Assembly: GCA_002633005.1 (NCBI GenBank) | Contig: NMRA01000067.1 | Location: forward strand, 92,752-156,751 | From: Phoronis australis | Taxonomy: Eukaryota > Animalia > Phoronida | Reading direction: 5' to 3' | Length of the DNA stretch: 64,000 nucleotides | Shown here: positions 12,701 to 23,550 of the stretch, piece by piece | Layout: each line of letters starts with the position of its first letter | Position numbering within the stretch: the first letter of the stretch is position 1 | Position numbers and translations under genes: made by a program | Notes under the pieces: model-generated | Database searches by the model: none | Told to the model about the DNA's origin: nothing | Seen by the model: the letters and a program-made list of their open reading frames with translations, nothing else

Positions 12701-15700
12701 TATTACTCCCTTCAGTCTTTAGTTGTCCGAGATAATGCCCACGTTGGATAGTGCCCACGGCGGGTAATGTCCACATTGAATAATACCCACGTTGGATTAT
12801 GCCCACATTGGCTAATGCCCATGTTGTTTAATGCCCACGATGGCTAATGCCCACGTCGGCTAATGCCCACATTGTCTAATGCCCACGTTGGCTAATGCCC
12901 ATGTTGTATAATGCACAGGTTGGATAATGTCCACGTTGGATAATGTCCACGTTGGATAAAGCTCACCTTGGCTAATGCCCACGTTGTCTAATGCCCACGT
13001 TGTCTAATGCCCACGTTGGCTAATGCCCACGTTGTATAATGCACAGGTTGGATAATGTCCACGTTGGATAAAGCCCACCTTGGCTAATGCCCACGTTGTC
13101 TAATGCCCACGTTGGCTAATGCCCACGTTGTCTAATGCCCACGTTGGCTAATGCCCACGTTGTATAATGCACAGGTTGGATAATGTCCACGTTGGATAAT
13201 GCCCACCTTGGATAATGCCCACGTTCAGCTCAATTCCTTTCCCCGATGGTTAAAATGTTCAGTTTAATACACGCACCCCGATTTTATGCAGTCTGGTCGT
13301 GCTTAATATTTCCTTGAAATTATCCAGGTCAGTAATTGGAACGTCAAAGGATTTGGGATCCCCAAAATGGTAACCTATAAAAAACAAATAGTCCATGGGA
13401 GATAATCACTGCAGTTGTGTTATGTGATAGTTAAACGACAAGTCACAAACATAATGAGAACTCTCTTGGTAGACTCGGTAATTAAGTAAATTGACTCCAC
13501 AGCTTTTCATAAATTCCGTTCTTATTAGACGCCCAATGCTTCAATCCGTCCAGGATTTGCAAGATTCTTAAATCAGATACAATAGGCGTTAACCCAAATG
13601 AGTAGGATGTGAATGATAGTATGCAGTGCCAGACAAAAGTAATCAAACATAATACCAAAGAGACAAAAGTAATCAGACATACTATCATTTTCCTGTCATG
13701 GTGGCTAATTCTGTTAATAGCAAAAATTACGAGTGAGAGTGCGGCAAAGTTGTTGATTGAAAGAATTGCATAGCCACCTTACTAACTTTCCTGTTTGCCC
13801 TGCCATCAGGATGAGGCCTCGGGCTCATTTTGTCTGAATATTGTTAGCCATGTACTCAATGTGACAGACAGTAACAAACCTTTGTTGTTTTTGTTTTTCA
13901 GTCAGTCATTAGATTCTTTCAGAGAATGACCTATTCCCAACAGAGCAGTGTTTTGTCTAATGCTCGTCAGCAGTTAGTCTGTCAATATCTGATAATGTTA
14001 AAATAACCCAAGCTCAGTGATTGCAAAATTTTCTTATCCTTGATTAATGTCTAAAAATTGGCTAAGAATACCCAGACTTAAACTTCTGCTTGTCTGCAGA
14101 TGTTTATCACTGTCTTCTGAGGTTATTAGTTTTGCAAATCAATGGCAGGTTATGTTTGCTCATGTCCTTTTGAGTAGAGTTTTACTGGCATGAGTGCAAA
14201 TACTTAATCCTTTCAACCTGTTTGAGTGACTCTTTGAGTGATAAAAAACAGGCACAGCTTTTGAAAAGGAGAAATCACATGTGTGTATTGAAGTAAGAAA
14301 ATTGAAATAAGAAAATTAAAAAGTCCTGGTGGATGAATTAATATTAAATTATTATTATTGTTCTTGTTGTTATTGTTATTACGTTGTTATTATTATTATT
14401 ACAAATCAGTCCTAAGTCTGGTTCTCTGACCTAAACTGACCATCGTCCATTTGCAGGATTGACCAGTGTATTGGGGAGAGGAACCACGTAGCATTCTTCG
14501 TCGGCCTACTTTTCTTTCTCATCACCACCATCTATTCACTCCAACTCACTCTGACCTCTGTGTGCACGCCGGAGATGTACCTGGACTGGTTCCTGTTCCC
14601 GGCTGACTGCCGATTCGTTTACGTCGACTTCCCGTTAGTATGCCAACACTGTGCAGTTGTTATGCTATTAGCTGCGCTTAGAAATGATCTGTTTATTCTG
14701 CTAGTATGACAAACAAATGATATTTAATTTACGTTGTAGTTTTCTCAACAGCAGTAGGTTTTATGAAAATATTAACGTCTTGTTTGCATGGCTAATTCAT
14801 CATAGGTGTCACTTAAAAACATCTAAAGAAAATTTGAGCAATTAAAAGGGACCTTATGGACAAGCCTGGGTATAGCCAAATATTTACAAAACTAAATTTT
14901 AAGTCTGTAAAAGTACATGTTTTTTCTGAAAGTAAAATTTGATGTTTGTCTTTTTATTAGTCTGTCATTAATTGGGTCGTGTGAACATGTGTTTTAGTAA
15001 AATTTAGCAAAAAAGAAGTTACATAGATAGCAAAACTTGTATGAACAACATGATCAAATTTTATTTCATATAAATGTTCAAATGTTCAAGATGAAACCTA
15101 CAGTTTTCTAAATTATTATTGTTTTATTTTATGCAAGTTCCGAGTGTTTTTTGTGAAAATCATAAAAGTGGCAATTTTTTGATAGCCCCTCATCCAAAAG
15201 GGTGGAAACCGCAGGGCTTGGAATTTTCCGCGGAAACGCGGATTTCCGCTTTTTTCAAATGTTCTGTCCGCGTATTTGATTATAGTTCCGCTTAAAAAAA
15301 ATCTGATTTGATATAAAATTTCCGCGGCAAATTTCTTTCTTACCGCCGCGTTGCCGACGACTTTCACCTCGAAAAGCGGAAGTTGCTCTTTATGTTTCAG
15401 AGGAACGTAAATTGTCAACATTGCCGGGGCATCTGGGATAGCATGGTGGATTTTTTTTTTTTAGTCCTCTCGAGTTTTGTCGGCAAAAGGTCCACACCGA
15501 CTTTTTCAAGGCTGCCTGCGCGCATGTTTTGGGCTGTAAAACTTTCCGCGGTTTTCGCCATTTGTCATTCCAAGCCCTGTAACCATTCCTAATATGTATT
15601 GGAAAGCTGAGCGTAAAGTATGTTGTCTGAAAGTTTCACATCAATCCAATCAGCCTTTTCCGAGATGTGATGTTCCAAAGTTTGTCAAATGTGGCCATTT

Positions 15701-17307
15701 TCGAGGTTCTTACATAACTTAAGGCGAGTTAACTTCTATTTCTCCTTAGTACCGATTCATTCACAACAGACATTCAAAGTATGATGTCCATATCATGGTG
15801 TACATCACGGCTAAACGTAATCTATGACCTCTCCAATTTAAATCGATCAATGTTCCCATTACGGTAATTGTCAACCTGTGCGAATTTTTTTCTCAAAAAT
15901 TAATTAGGTACGCATTGTATAAATTGTGTTTTGATTTTATATTCTACCATTACCATGTATCTATAAATGCATTATGTGTCTGCCTAACACGGGACTTGTC
16001 TGGTACGACTTCAGTTGACTACATGGCAAATTTTTTTCAGCCATTTATTAGGCTTCAAAACAGATTACTAATTTAATCTTTGCATGTATGGATTTGCATG
16101 GCACTTTTGCACATCGTTCTTTGATGGTACATGAGTGAGGGAAGTTTTTGTCAGATTTTAAAAATTCCCTGTGGAGCAATAAAGATTGGCCAGAAAGAAA
16201 GAAACGTAAGGTGTTCTTTGAAAAGTGGACATCGATGGCCTATAACTTCCTTGTTTGAAGGTAAAAGGAAAATTTTAAACATGCTTCTTGCATCCCTAGA
16301 ATTACAGCTCACCTGCACATAAGGTTTATGTTTATTTAAAAAATAGTGGTCTTGTGATTTTAAACTATAGGGTTCAGAGTTTTTGGGCATTGAAGATTGA
16401 CAAAAGACAATTGAAAAGTTATTTGCTTGAATGTGGATTTCACGATGATTGACATTTACCTTAAGTGATTATCAGCATGGGGCATAATCAGTTTTATGGT
16501 TGACAAACACGTTTTTGGGTATTGTTGGCTGGGATAGACTTTTTGAAGTTGTTAGCTTCAACCAGAGGTGAACAATGTCAAAACATGTTGTCTGTTGATT
16601 TTATTACAAATCAGTATTTCTCATATTGTCTGTCAGCTCTTTGCTGAAATCAAGGCCAGTGATTTTGCATGTTGAATTAGCTTCAAAAGTCTCGTTGTTC
16701 ATCGAGTGTGGTTTAGCTTCTCCCACAAAGTGTTGGACTACGACCGCCGAGGTTGTGAGTTCGATTATGTGTTGGGACTTTTCTCGAAAAAGCCCTTTTC
16801 TCGTTGATGATATCACTTCAGGAGGTGTATTGCTTTGTAATGTGGCTATCAGTACAATGTGTACTGCAAAAATATTGATCTGTTCATCTTAAGATGATAT
16901 ATATGACTGAATATGTGACTGAGTGTATTGCAATGTCATTTTGTACCTCTCTGCGCTTGTTTGTGATTTTCACTGTTATTTCATCGTGTGTACATTAGTG
17001 ACTGCTTGCCACGCAAACCTTTAACCTTTGACCTGTTGCTCTTTTCAGGTCAGCTGTGACGTGGGTGTGCGTGTGTTACTCCTTACTTCCAACGAGCTTG
17101 GTCATAATAATCTTCATTCAACAAATCATTACCATCAGTCAAAACATTACTCTGATTGAACTTAATCATGCATCGTTGCGAGGCTGGACTAGACTGCGCC
17201 TGTTCGCCAAAAACAACATAAACAATCAAGGAGTTGTGCTCAACTGGAAGAACTTTTTCAATGGGAAACGAGCAAAACCCAACAAAGGACGAAATGATGT
17301 CGTGTAG
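676..17307 (+). CDS. ZDHHC23: Palmitoyltransferase ZDHHC23-like, spliced CDS join(676..794,7012..7649,12583..12694,14457..14633,17049..17307), 434 aa
   Basis: N-terminal FCCCEYVNEKKERTTLLACCCDCEAVDDACDR and SDRLRLPW motifs are characteristic of ZDHHC23. DHHC-CRD reads [42 protein letters not shown]. All four introns are GT-AG with matching phases (2,1,2,2). Total 1305 nt. An in-frame TGA at 658-660 lies upstream of ATG 676. Confidence 0.95.
837..1276. mobile_element. MITE, about 440 bp, with TIRs of about 70 bp
   Basis: ccagtgcccagttgcatgaaacagtcccaaatagggactc... (837-909) is the inverted complement of ...gagtccttatttggaactgtttcatgcaaccgggcactgg (1204-1276). Interior is AT-rich and non-coding. 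TSD not resolved. Confidence 0.8.
1909..2082. mobile_element. Small MITE-like element (PIF/Harbinger-like ends)
   Basis: Perfect 13-bp inverted repeat gtcgcatttacac (1909-1921) / gtgtaaatgcgac (2070-2082). Preceded by about 3 copies of a 15-bp tandem tgtcacggtgcgaga (1856-1898). Confidence 0.5.
2920..4399. mobile_element. Non-autonomous DNA transposon, about 1.48 kb, CAC...GTG termini, imperfect TIRs of about 170 bp
   Basis: cactggtgagaaacaacatgac... (2920-3091) is the inverted complement of ...gtcatgttgtttctcacccgtg (4228-4399). TIRs are built from GACC-containing subrepeats of about 21 bp. No transposase ORF recognised. Confidence 0.8.
4489..4555 (+). mobile_element. Degenerate tRNA-like sequence (tRNA-derived SINE head or tRNA pseudogene)
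   Basis: A-box-like tagatca...gttaagagc, anticodon-like arm ccaga-ctggcaa-tgtgg, B-box ggttcgattccc (4536-4547). Stems are imperfect. Confidence 0.45.
4697..6164. repeat. Direct duplication of about 600 bp (4697-5296 / 5599-6164) spanning the N at 5297; probable haplotype overlap
   Basis: Copies are near-identical with small indels; the first copy ends exactly at the N. Confidence 0.85.
5298..5598. mobile_element. One end of a TA-inserted Tc1/mariner-superfamily-like element, truncated by the N gap
   Basis: GC/CpG-rich block ending ...gggcggttattacggcgaatacag|TA. It is absent at the equivalent TA (4697-4698) in the other copy. Confidence 0.6.
6222..6354. repeat. AT-rich minisatellite, 19 bp x 7
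   Basis: Unit tagat(c/t)aaa(t/c)aatttttaa. Confidence 0.92.
7012..7649 (+). CDS. ZDHHC23: ZDHHC23 coding exon 2 (TM helices and cytoplasmic loop)
   Basis: Lies within ORF 6980..7753. Acceptor cattacAG at 7010-7011; donor GTaagc at 7650. Contains TVSDRLRLPWYGGA and hydrophobic helices. Confidence 0.93.
9708..10206. mobile_element. Degenerate TIR element; related copy at about 14846-15723
   Basis: taatgttatgtag ... ctacataacctta inverted ends. Shares ggaccttat.ga.aag.c...aaatat.tacaaaact and atgttcaagatgaaa blocks with 14848-15096. Confidence 0.5.
10963..11304. mobile_element. TA-flanked MITE family member (others at 17625-17868, about 45861-45980, about 48048-48170)
   Basis: Imperfect TIR of about 30 bp: tacggtcaaagttctccagtttgggacagt / actgtccaaaacaggagaattttttaacata. 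Homologous ggtaaaaa.tct..aatttgagac ends occur in the other copies. Confidence 0.6.
12583..12694 (+). CDS. ZDHHC23: ZDHHC23 coding exon 3 (DHHC zinc-finger core)
   Basis: Acceptor ttttattttcAG; encodes [38 protein letters not shown]; donor GTaagt at 12695. Confidence 0.95.
12731..13225. repeat. Minisatellite, 16 bp x about 31, with a 128-bp higher-order period
   Basis: Unit taatgcccacgttg(ga/gc/tc). The variant atgcacag recurs at 12911, 13039 and 13167. Confidence 0.95.
14348..14400. repeat. Imperfect (ATT/GTT)n microsatellite
   Basis: attattattgttcttgttgttattgttatt...attattattatt. Confidence 0.8.
14457..14633 (+). CDS. ZDHHC23: ZDHHC23 coding exon 4
   Basis: Acceptor tttgcAG; encodes [36 protein letters not shown]...VYVDFP; donor GTtagt at 14634. 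Confidence 0.93.
15212..15579. mobile_element. 368-bp CpG-rich MITE with hAT-like CAGGG termini, nested in an older element
   Basis: Perfect 13-bp TIR cagggcttggaat / attccaagccctg; repeated ttccgc(gg) subterminal motifs. No clean 8-bp TSD. Confidence 0.7.
17049..17307 (+). CDS. ZDHHC23: ZDHHC23 terminal coding exon
   Basis: Acceptor cttttcAG; encodes SAVTWVCVCYS...IFIQQIITISQNITLIE (TTxE-like motif)...NQGVVLNWKNFF (PaCCT-like)...; TAG at 17305-17307. Confidence 0.92.
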
Positions 17308-17624
17308 ACGGTGCTTTTACCCAATTGTGTCATTTTTGTTAACTTGGAGAGTTCGTGCTTTCAGTTTCACTTAAGTAACAAACGCGTTGAATTTGTAACA
17401 TTTAACTTTCTTAGTTATAAACCCCTTTCATGCATACCTGCGACAAGTAACTCTGGGACTCTGTTAGAGTTCACTCTAATGTCGTGATCTCGTCGAGACA
17501 CCTTGGATGAAATGTGACAGCTGTTGCGAGACCGAGGCACTCTCCGTTGATTTCAAGTTGTTTGTTTGTTACGGAGCGAGTGAGAAAACATCTGATCAGT
17601 CTAGTCAGTGCCAAGTCTTACTCT

Positions 17625-17868
17625 GGTAAAAATTCTTCAATTTGAGACGAAAAAGAATTGCTAACATTGTCATATTTCTATGTTTCAGAAGCTTACCACA
17701 TTGTTACAAATGCTCAAAGTTTTAGCTGATGTAGTTTGTTATTATCTTCATACAAGCCATGCTTAAAGTAAAGTTAATTTTCCTGAAAAGTTATTTTTGT
17801 TGAGAAATTTGTCAAAATGAAATTTCACTTGCCCGCCATATTGTGTCTCAATTTGAGGAATGTTTACC
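17625..17868. mobile_element. MITE in the putative ZDHHC23 3' UTR
   Basis: ggtaaaaattcttcaatttgagac / gtctcaatttgaggaatgtttacc, a 21/24 inverted match. Confidence 0.6.
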
Positions 17869-20800
17869 TTAAGCTTGTAGAAGACTCGACCCTCTTTGTT
17901 ACTGAGGTTAAGAAAGGGTAGATAGCAGCTTATATTAAAACATGGTTTAAGTGACGTTATCTGATGAAGTCTGGCTGGTAGATACTTAAGTAGTTGTTTT
18001 CAGCGGAACTCGGAGCTCATAGATTGTTTATCTATGATCAGTGTCAAATACACGTGGGTTGTTGGGGCGTTATGTAACACTAACTAAGTTTGAGTGGGTT
18101 GACAGTAATTCGTCTGCTGAGTAGGTTGAGTGACTGATTGGGCTGCGTATCCCATCACAGATGTGTTTATATATATATATATATTTGTATATTTTGTATG
18201 CAATACATGCCAACCTGCAGATTGTTGAAGAATTTGTTCATTAATTGTACTTGTATTACAACCTATTGGCCTGTGCGATAAGTGCGCATGAATCAAGTCT
18301 GTAGTGATATATTTGGTGTCATCTCTAGAACTCAATGTGAGTCTAAAACTTGAAGAAGGAAATATTAATTCATTGCTCTCTGTAGTGCAACTGTGTCTTA
18401 ACAACGGAGTGAATAAGTATACTTCCATTATTCTTGGTTTCGGATCACAGCCAGAAATGTGGTGACGTTCAAACTGCTGGAGTATATATTGAAACTGTTT
18501 GTTTGTTTGTGGATCAGCAACCCGTGAAGAAGCACTGATAATTTTCTATTTTTATGTTCAATAGCTAAATAAATTTTGTTCTCAGTTTTGTGCATAGACA
18601 TCTTCGTCAAACTTTATTCAACATCTGTCTGTAACTTTTTATGTATCGTTTTCATGTGACACGTTAAGTTTTGCTGTTAAAGCTTCGTTTCCATAGTACA
18701 ATTTCAGTTGTACATTTTTACATATTCACCACATTCTACAATACAGTTGCTTTACAGCTGCTCAAAAATCTCCATGACGGTGATTGTTGATAGAGTAACA
18801 CGGTTTCAAGGGTCTTGTTGTCGTTGCTGGTGGGAAGCTCGAAATTAAATGGCACTCTCGAAGGGTATCTCCGAAAATTAGACTTTTCTGGTGAGACCCT
18901 TATTCCATGAACTCACCCACGTGGGTGACCAGCTTCCAATCCTGCTTATGTTCAGAAAATACCAAGGACCCATGTTTTACAAGTGCCACCTGGTGGGGAT
19001 CAAGTCTTACTTTGCTTAACATGATTCTAGAGACATACGTTTTTCATGAGACTGCCTTGAAAAGAGCAGCAGTCATTTACAGGAGTCCCAGATTTTGAGG
19101 ACCGGTTTGATGCCTGTTAGCCAGTGGAGAAAACTGGTTCTCAAAATGCAGGACCCCTGCAAGTGACCGCTATCCTGAAAAGTGTTGTATGCATAATGAA
19201 GAACTAGGTTGAATGCAAAAATATCCAGAATTAAAGTGTGTAGTGTATGGATGATAGATGGACGTTGATTGCAAGGAATCGTCTGATTAATAGCGAAATG
19301 TTCAGTTTTATTGTCTTTGTTGGATAATTTACTATAGGATAGTTGCCATGCACTATTTATAGATTGAACACATAATTGCAAGGTATTGCAATTTCAGACA
19401 ATCATAATTGCCTAATTTGATCCTATTCATTTTCCTAAGGCTTCTAGCATTGTTGTGAATGCCCATAAACGTCTCAAGACATCTGATAGTAGGTATGGTA
19501 TGAAATTTTTTGTCGCTACTTATTTTTTATGAAAAAGTAAAAAATAAAATTTCTCATGGCAGCCTCATTTACATGTGTCCTAATTCGGCGATATTTTACT
19601 GTACACTTGTACGAATAATAGTGGTAAAAGATACCCATACATAGTTGTGGAAGCTTCAGGTGTAGGTATGGTGAACTGCACATGGGAGACAATTTGAATG
19701 GTTACAACATTATTTGTTAAAATTGCTTCCCTGTGGGTTACCTAGTGCTTAGTTATCAACCATATTTAATCTGTCATCATTGCCTTGCAAAGTTTTCCTG
19801 TTGCATTACTATCATCTTGTCCTCCATCTTGCCATAGTGTGGTCAAAACGCAGTAATTGCTGGTGGACTCAAATATGCAAGACGCAGAGGAGTAACAAGT
19901 CTAATGAGCAGTTGTTCAGTCAAGAGTTAAAAACAGGAACATTGTCATGTGAAGAATCTCTAGTGATGTTTAATGACAAAAAACGTATAGTTTTTTAGGG
20001 TATTGTAAATTTTTTTGAAAGCTGCTTTTTAGTTTCCATGGATTCTTGTACCATTCTTGTCAATTGATTTTTGAAATTAAGATTAATTGGGAAGGAAATC
20101 TGCCCTTTACAGCCTGTCATCAAAAATAGATTGTTTTGATGAATAGGTTTCTAGTGGCTGCCAATGAAGCCTCCAGTCGGGATGACGATAGCTCGTTTAA
20201 GGCTGTAAATTTGAAATTCCTTTTTGTCCAACATGGATTTGGCAGTTAATCCTTGTACATTGTGACCACAGGAGTCTGTGTTCATGGTTTTCTATTTTGT
20301 TGGCATCTTTGTAGCCAGGTGTTAACAGTTGACAATGCAGGCCTTTTGACAACTTTTATTTTCACTGGCCTTTTTAGTGGCATCCCTGGGCATCTGCCAC
20401 TTTGTAATTGCGACAGAAAATTGACTTATGATGTGACGACTGTATATTGAATTGAAACACAAGTGTACATAGACTGTAAGTAGAACATTTTTTTGTCCAG
20501 GGGTTGTTAATGGTTTCAACTTAGGTCCAGAGATCCATTCTCTGGATTTGAATTCTTACTCGAGGTTTTCTTATTTTTTCAATTTGACTATAGAGTTATA
20601 CTCTTCACAAAATATTTTGAGTATGGTATCAGAAACTGCAATCACCTCACCATTCTCAAAACTTAATACGATAATTTTCGCATCACATTGCACAGAATTC
20701 AAAGTTTTCTAAAAACCTGCTGTGCAATATGATGTTCGATAATTTTTGAGACGTGCCTCGAGTGAATTTTGGTGGTTTTATGCTTTTTTGTGCAAAGAAT

Positions 20801-20970
20801 GAATTTGTGACATTGTTATTTGCATTGTGAATTACCAGGTTATTGTTACACTGTAATGCACCATTTGGTTGTGCAATCTTTAATTAATGGTCTTGATATG
20901 TCGTGGTGTACAAGTTTCCTTTTGTACGTAGTGTTTGCAAACATGTTGATGTGATGGTGTTGTGGCTTTC

Positions 20971-20976
20971 AATAAA
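20971..20976 (+). terminator. Candidate polyadenylation signal (AATAAA) of ZDHHC23; implies a 3' UTR of about 3.7 kb
   Basis: AATAAA followed by GT/T-rich sequence, near the point where the T/G-rich strand bias ends. Confidence 0.45.
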
Positions 20977-21665
20977 TTGAAGGGTATCACTGTCAACAAG
21001 ATGCTCACGTGTTCTTGTGGTTACCGCTTTTTTAATTGTTACAAGATGGATTGATATAGTATTTAGCGGAACAACTATGCCTTACAGAATTCTTTCGCCA
21101 GGCTGTTGAGTGACAACTTAACTGACCAATCAGAACGCAGCACTCTTAGCACACCTTTGTTTCCAAGCCGCCATTCTACTCGACAAACAACTCGTTGCCG
21201 AGTAAAACTTATTGTTTGTCAACATTTTGCAAGGGGGGTGGAGCTTGCGATAGGTCAATTTTGGATCCAACTTGTAGGCAGGATCTCGTATACATACCGG
21301 AGTATCCATATCGTGCAACTTTTTCAGAGAGTGAAGAACCGTCCCATCAGTACTTATACCTCTGACTATTTTTAGATATTTGCTTCAGATCTTTTCAGCA
21401 GAATGTGACTGCGTATTACTTGGAAATCCCTTAGACATGCAGAGGGTCTGTACTGGCAGACGGATCATCCGGTGAAAAAAGCAACGTGATACTTTAATTC
21501 ATTTTTTTCCTCCCAAAAATGTATTTGCCTCACAGAAATTTTTGTCGGCTGGGGTAAAACTTTAATTTTAGGGAGGAAAAAATGAAAAATTTGTTGAGTA
21601 TTCTGATTAATATGTACCTTCCTGATGAAACTGTTTTACTGAATCGATGCAAAATTGTTTTACTT

Positions 21666-21671
21666 TTTATT
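21666..21671 (-). terminator. Candidate polyadenylation signal (AATAAA on -) of the Kirrel-like gene; implies a 3' UTR of about 1.6 kb
   Basis: tttatt on +, at the start of the A/C-rich region that marks minus-strand transcription. Confidence 0.4.
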
Positions 21672-22604
21672 AAAATATAATGATTGCACATTTTCAATCA
21701 ACTTTCAATGCTTACAAAACAAGATTATTGCTGTCCTATCCATCACATATGTACACCAACTACAGTTCGTAACAGCCACGTTAATATGAAGACCAATGAC
21801 TTCCTTTTTTCCTTATCAACACAAAAGGGACAATAATGTTTAACTTTGAAAAATCAAAATAACATTTCACTTGTTACCTAAACAAGTTACCCAACCTTTC
21901 CGACATGTTATATACGTAAGAACCTTGTAGGTTTTGAAGTGAATGAGTTTTACACAAATATGTCTTGAGCTTAACACGATAGCTTCATGAACCTGGAACA
22001 TAGTTAAAGCCTTAAGATTGAACAGTAATAATTATAATCCTAGTAACATTACTAATTGCCTTATAAATAAATTTACACACATCATTGGTTTCAACAGTAT
22101 GGTTTTTCTTAGGACCAGCACAGGCTGAATCGGGAAATATATCACTCATGCAACATCGAATCCGTTTCCATGGTAAAACAACTTCAAGAAGTACGGAACC
22201 GTTTTAAAAAAAATTTATCAAACCCTCGCATTGTTCTATTTACACCACACACAGTTGTGACAATGTCTATATCATAACACAAAGCCACAGGTGCAACATG
22301 TTAAGAAACGGTCACTTGAGCGTAAACCAATCTTGAAGACAGTTTGAAATATCCCCATTCTCACCCATTTACCACAACAGTGTATGAACCAAACGATAGA
22401 TTGAATAAACTACCATAATAACAATAATTAAGATACAACTAGCAGACGTATAAACGGAAGACTCAATTCCATTACGCGATTGGAAATAGAGCCCAAATAA
22501 TTTGGCACAACTCTCTCTCTCTCTCGTCATGATATGGCATCTGTACACATGATAAGCTGTAGTGTACGTTAACATTTACATTCCTCAACACCTCACATAC
22601 TTGC

Positions 22605-22649
22605 ATACACACACAAACACACACACACAAACACACACACACACACACT
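22605..22649. repeat. (CA)n microsatellite in the Kirrel-like 3' UTR region
   Basis: Interrupted CA run; a short (CT)n lies nearby at 22511-22524. Confidence 0.9.
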
Positions 22650-23288
22650 CGTACACAACTACTCTACCTACACAAGCACAATGAACAATAGTACTATCAT
22701 GATAATGAGTAACAGCACCATGTTCTCTTCACAAGTTTCACTTGTTTAAAAACCCCCAACTAACTCGTACTCCTGGTGTTGCATAGACCCAAACTTCACA
22801 CACAAAGACTGCTCACAAGTACAATTCGGTCACCTAAACACTGTCTGGTCTATAAGCTTCGTCTTTCCACAGCAGAATGTTGGAAACCTAATGTACTTAA
22901 CTATTAGCAACTGTTATATGGATTGCAACAGATTAGTTTATAATGCACCAATAGTAATATTTGCACTTGTTCCAATATTTTCATAGCACCTAGAATGAGA
23001 TAACTATACACGTAGATCACCGTCTTCACCATCCGAGCTCACTTTTAGCAGAGAGCGACAGATGGACATCGCTGGCTGCGATGGCCTGCGCAAACCACGC
23101 TGGCATAATCTGAGTCAGCGTCTAGGTTTTTGTCGAACGCACTAACAGCACACAGAAAGCAGGTAACATCGCTAACCTGACGCTGACAACATTCACATGA
23201 CAGCGGGAATAGTCACGGCGGTCAAACAGATCCTTCAATTTTGGCACCAAAGGCGGATTATCAACGACAGAACAAAATGTTTCTTCTA

Positions 23289-23550
23289 TTACACATTAGT
23301 TGATAGCCTGCTGATCTGAGGACCTTGCGGGTAGCTACCCTCAAAGCCATCTATGTGGTAAACAGGTGATTGCGGTGCAGGACCGTATCCCCGGTCAGAC
23401 GGTGGACCATGGCTATAGCTGCGGTCTGATGGGGGACCTTGTGGTATGGGTCCATAGCCTGTCTCTATGACGGGTGTCTGAGGGCCTGGTCCGAAGCCGC
23501 GGTCAGACCTGGCTGGTCCATACTGTGGCCCATACCCAGAACTGTCATAC
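23289..23550 (-). CDS. KIRREL: Kirrel-like terminal coding exon (G/P/Y-rich, PDZ-binding STNV)
   Basis: Acceptor tatttacAG; encodes YDSSGYGPQYGPARSDRGFGP...QISRLSTNV, then TAA TAG. Confidence 0.88.

Noticed and set aside
12731-13225. Possible CRISPR-like array
   Set aside because: Units are head-to-tail with no unique spacers, there are no cas genes, and the context is a eukaryotic intron.
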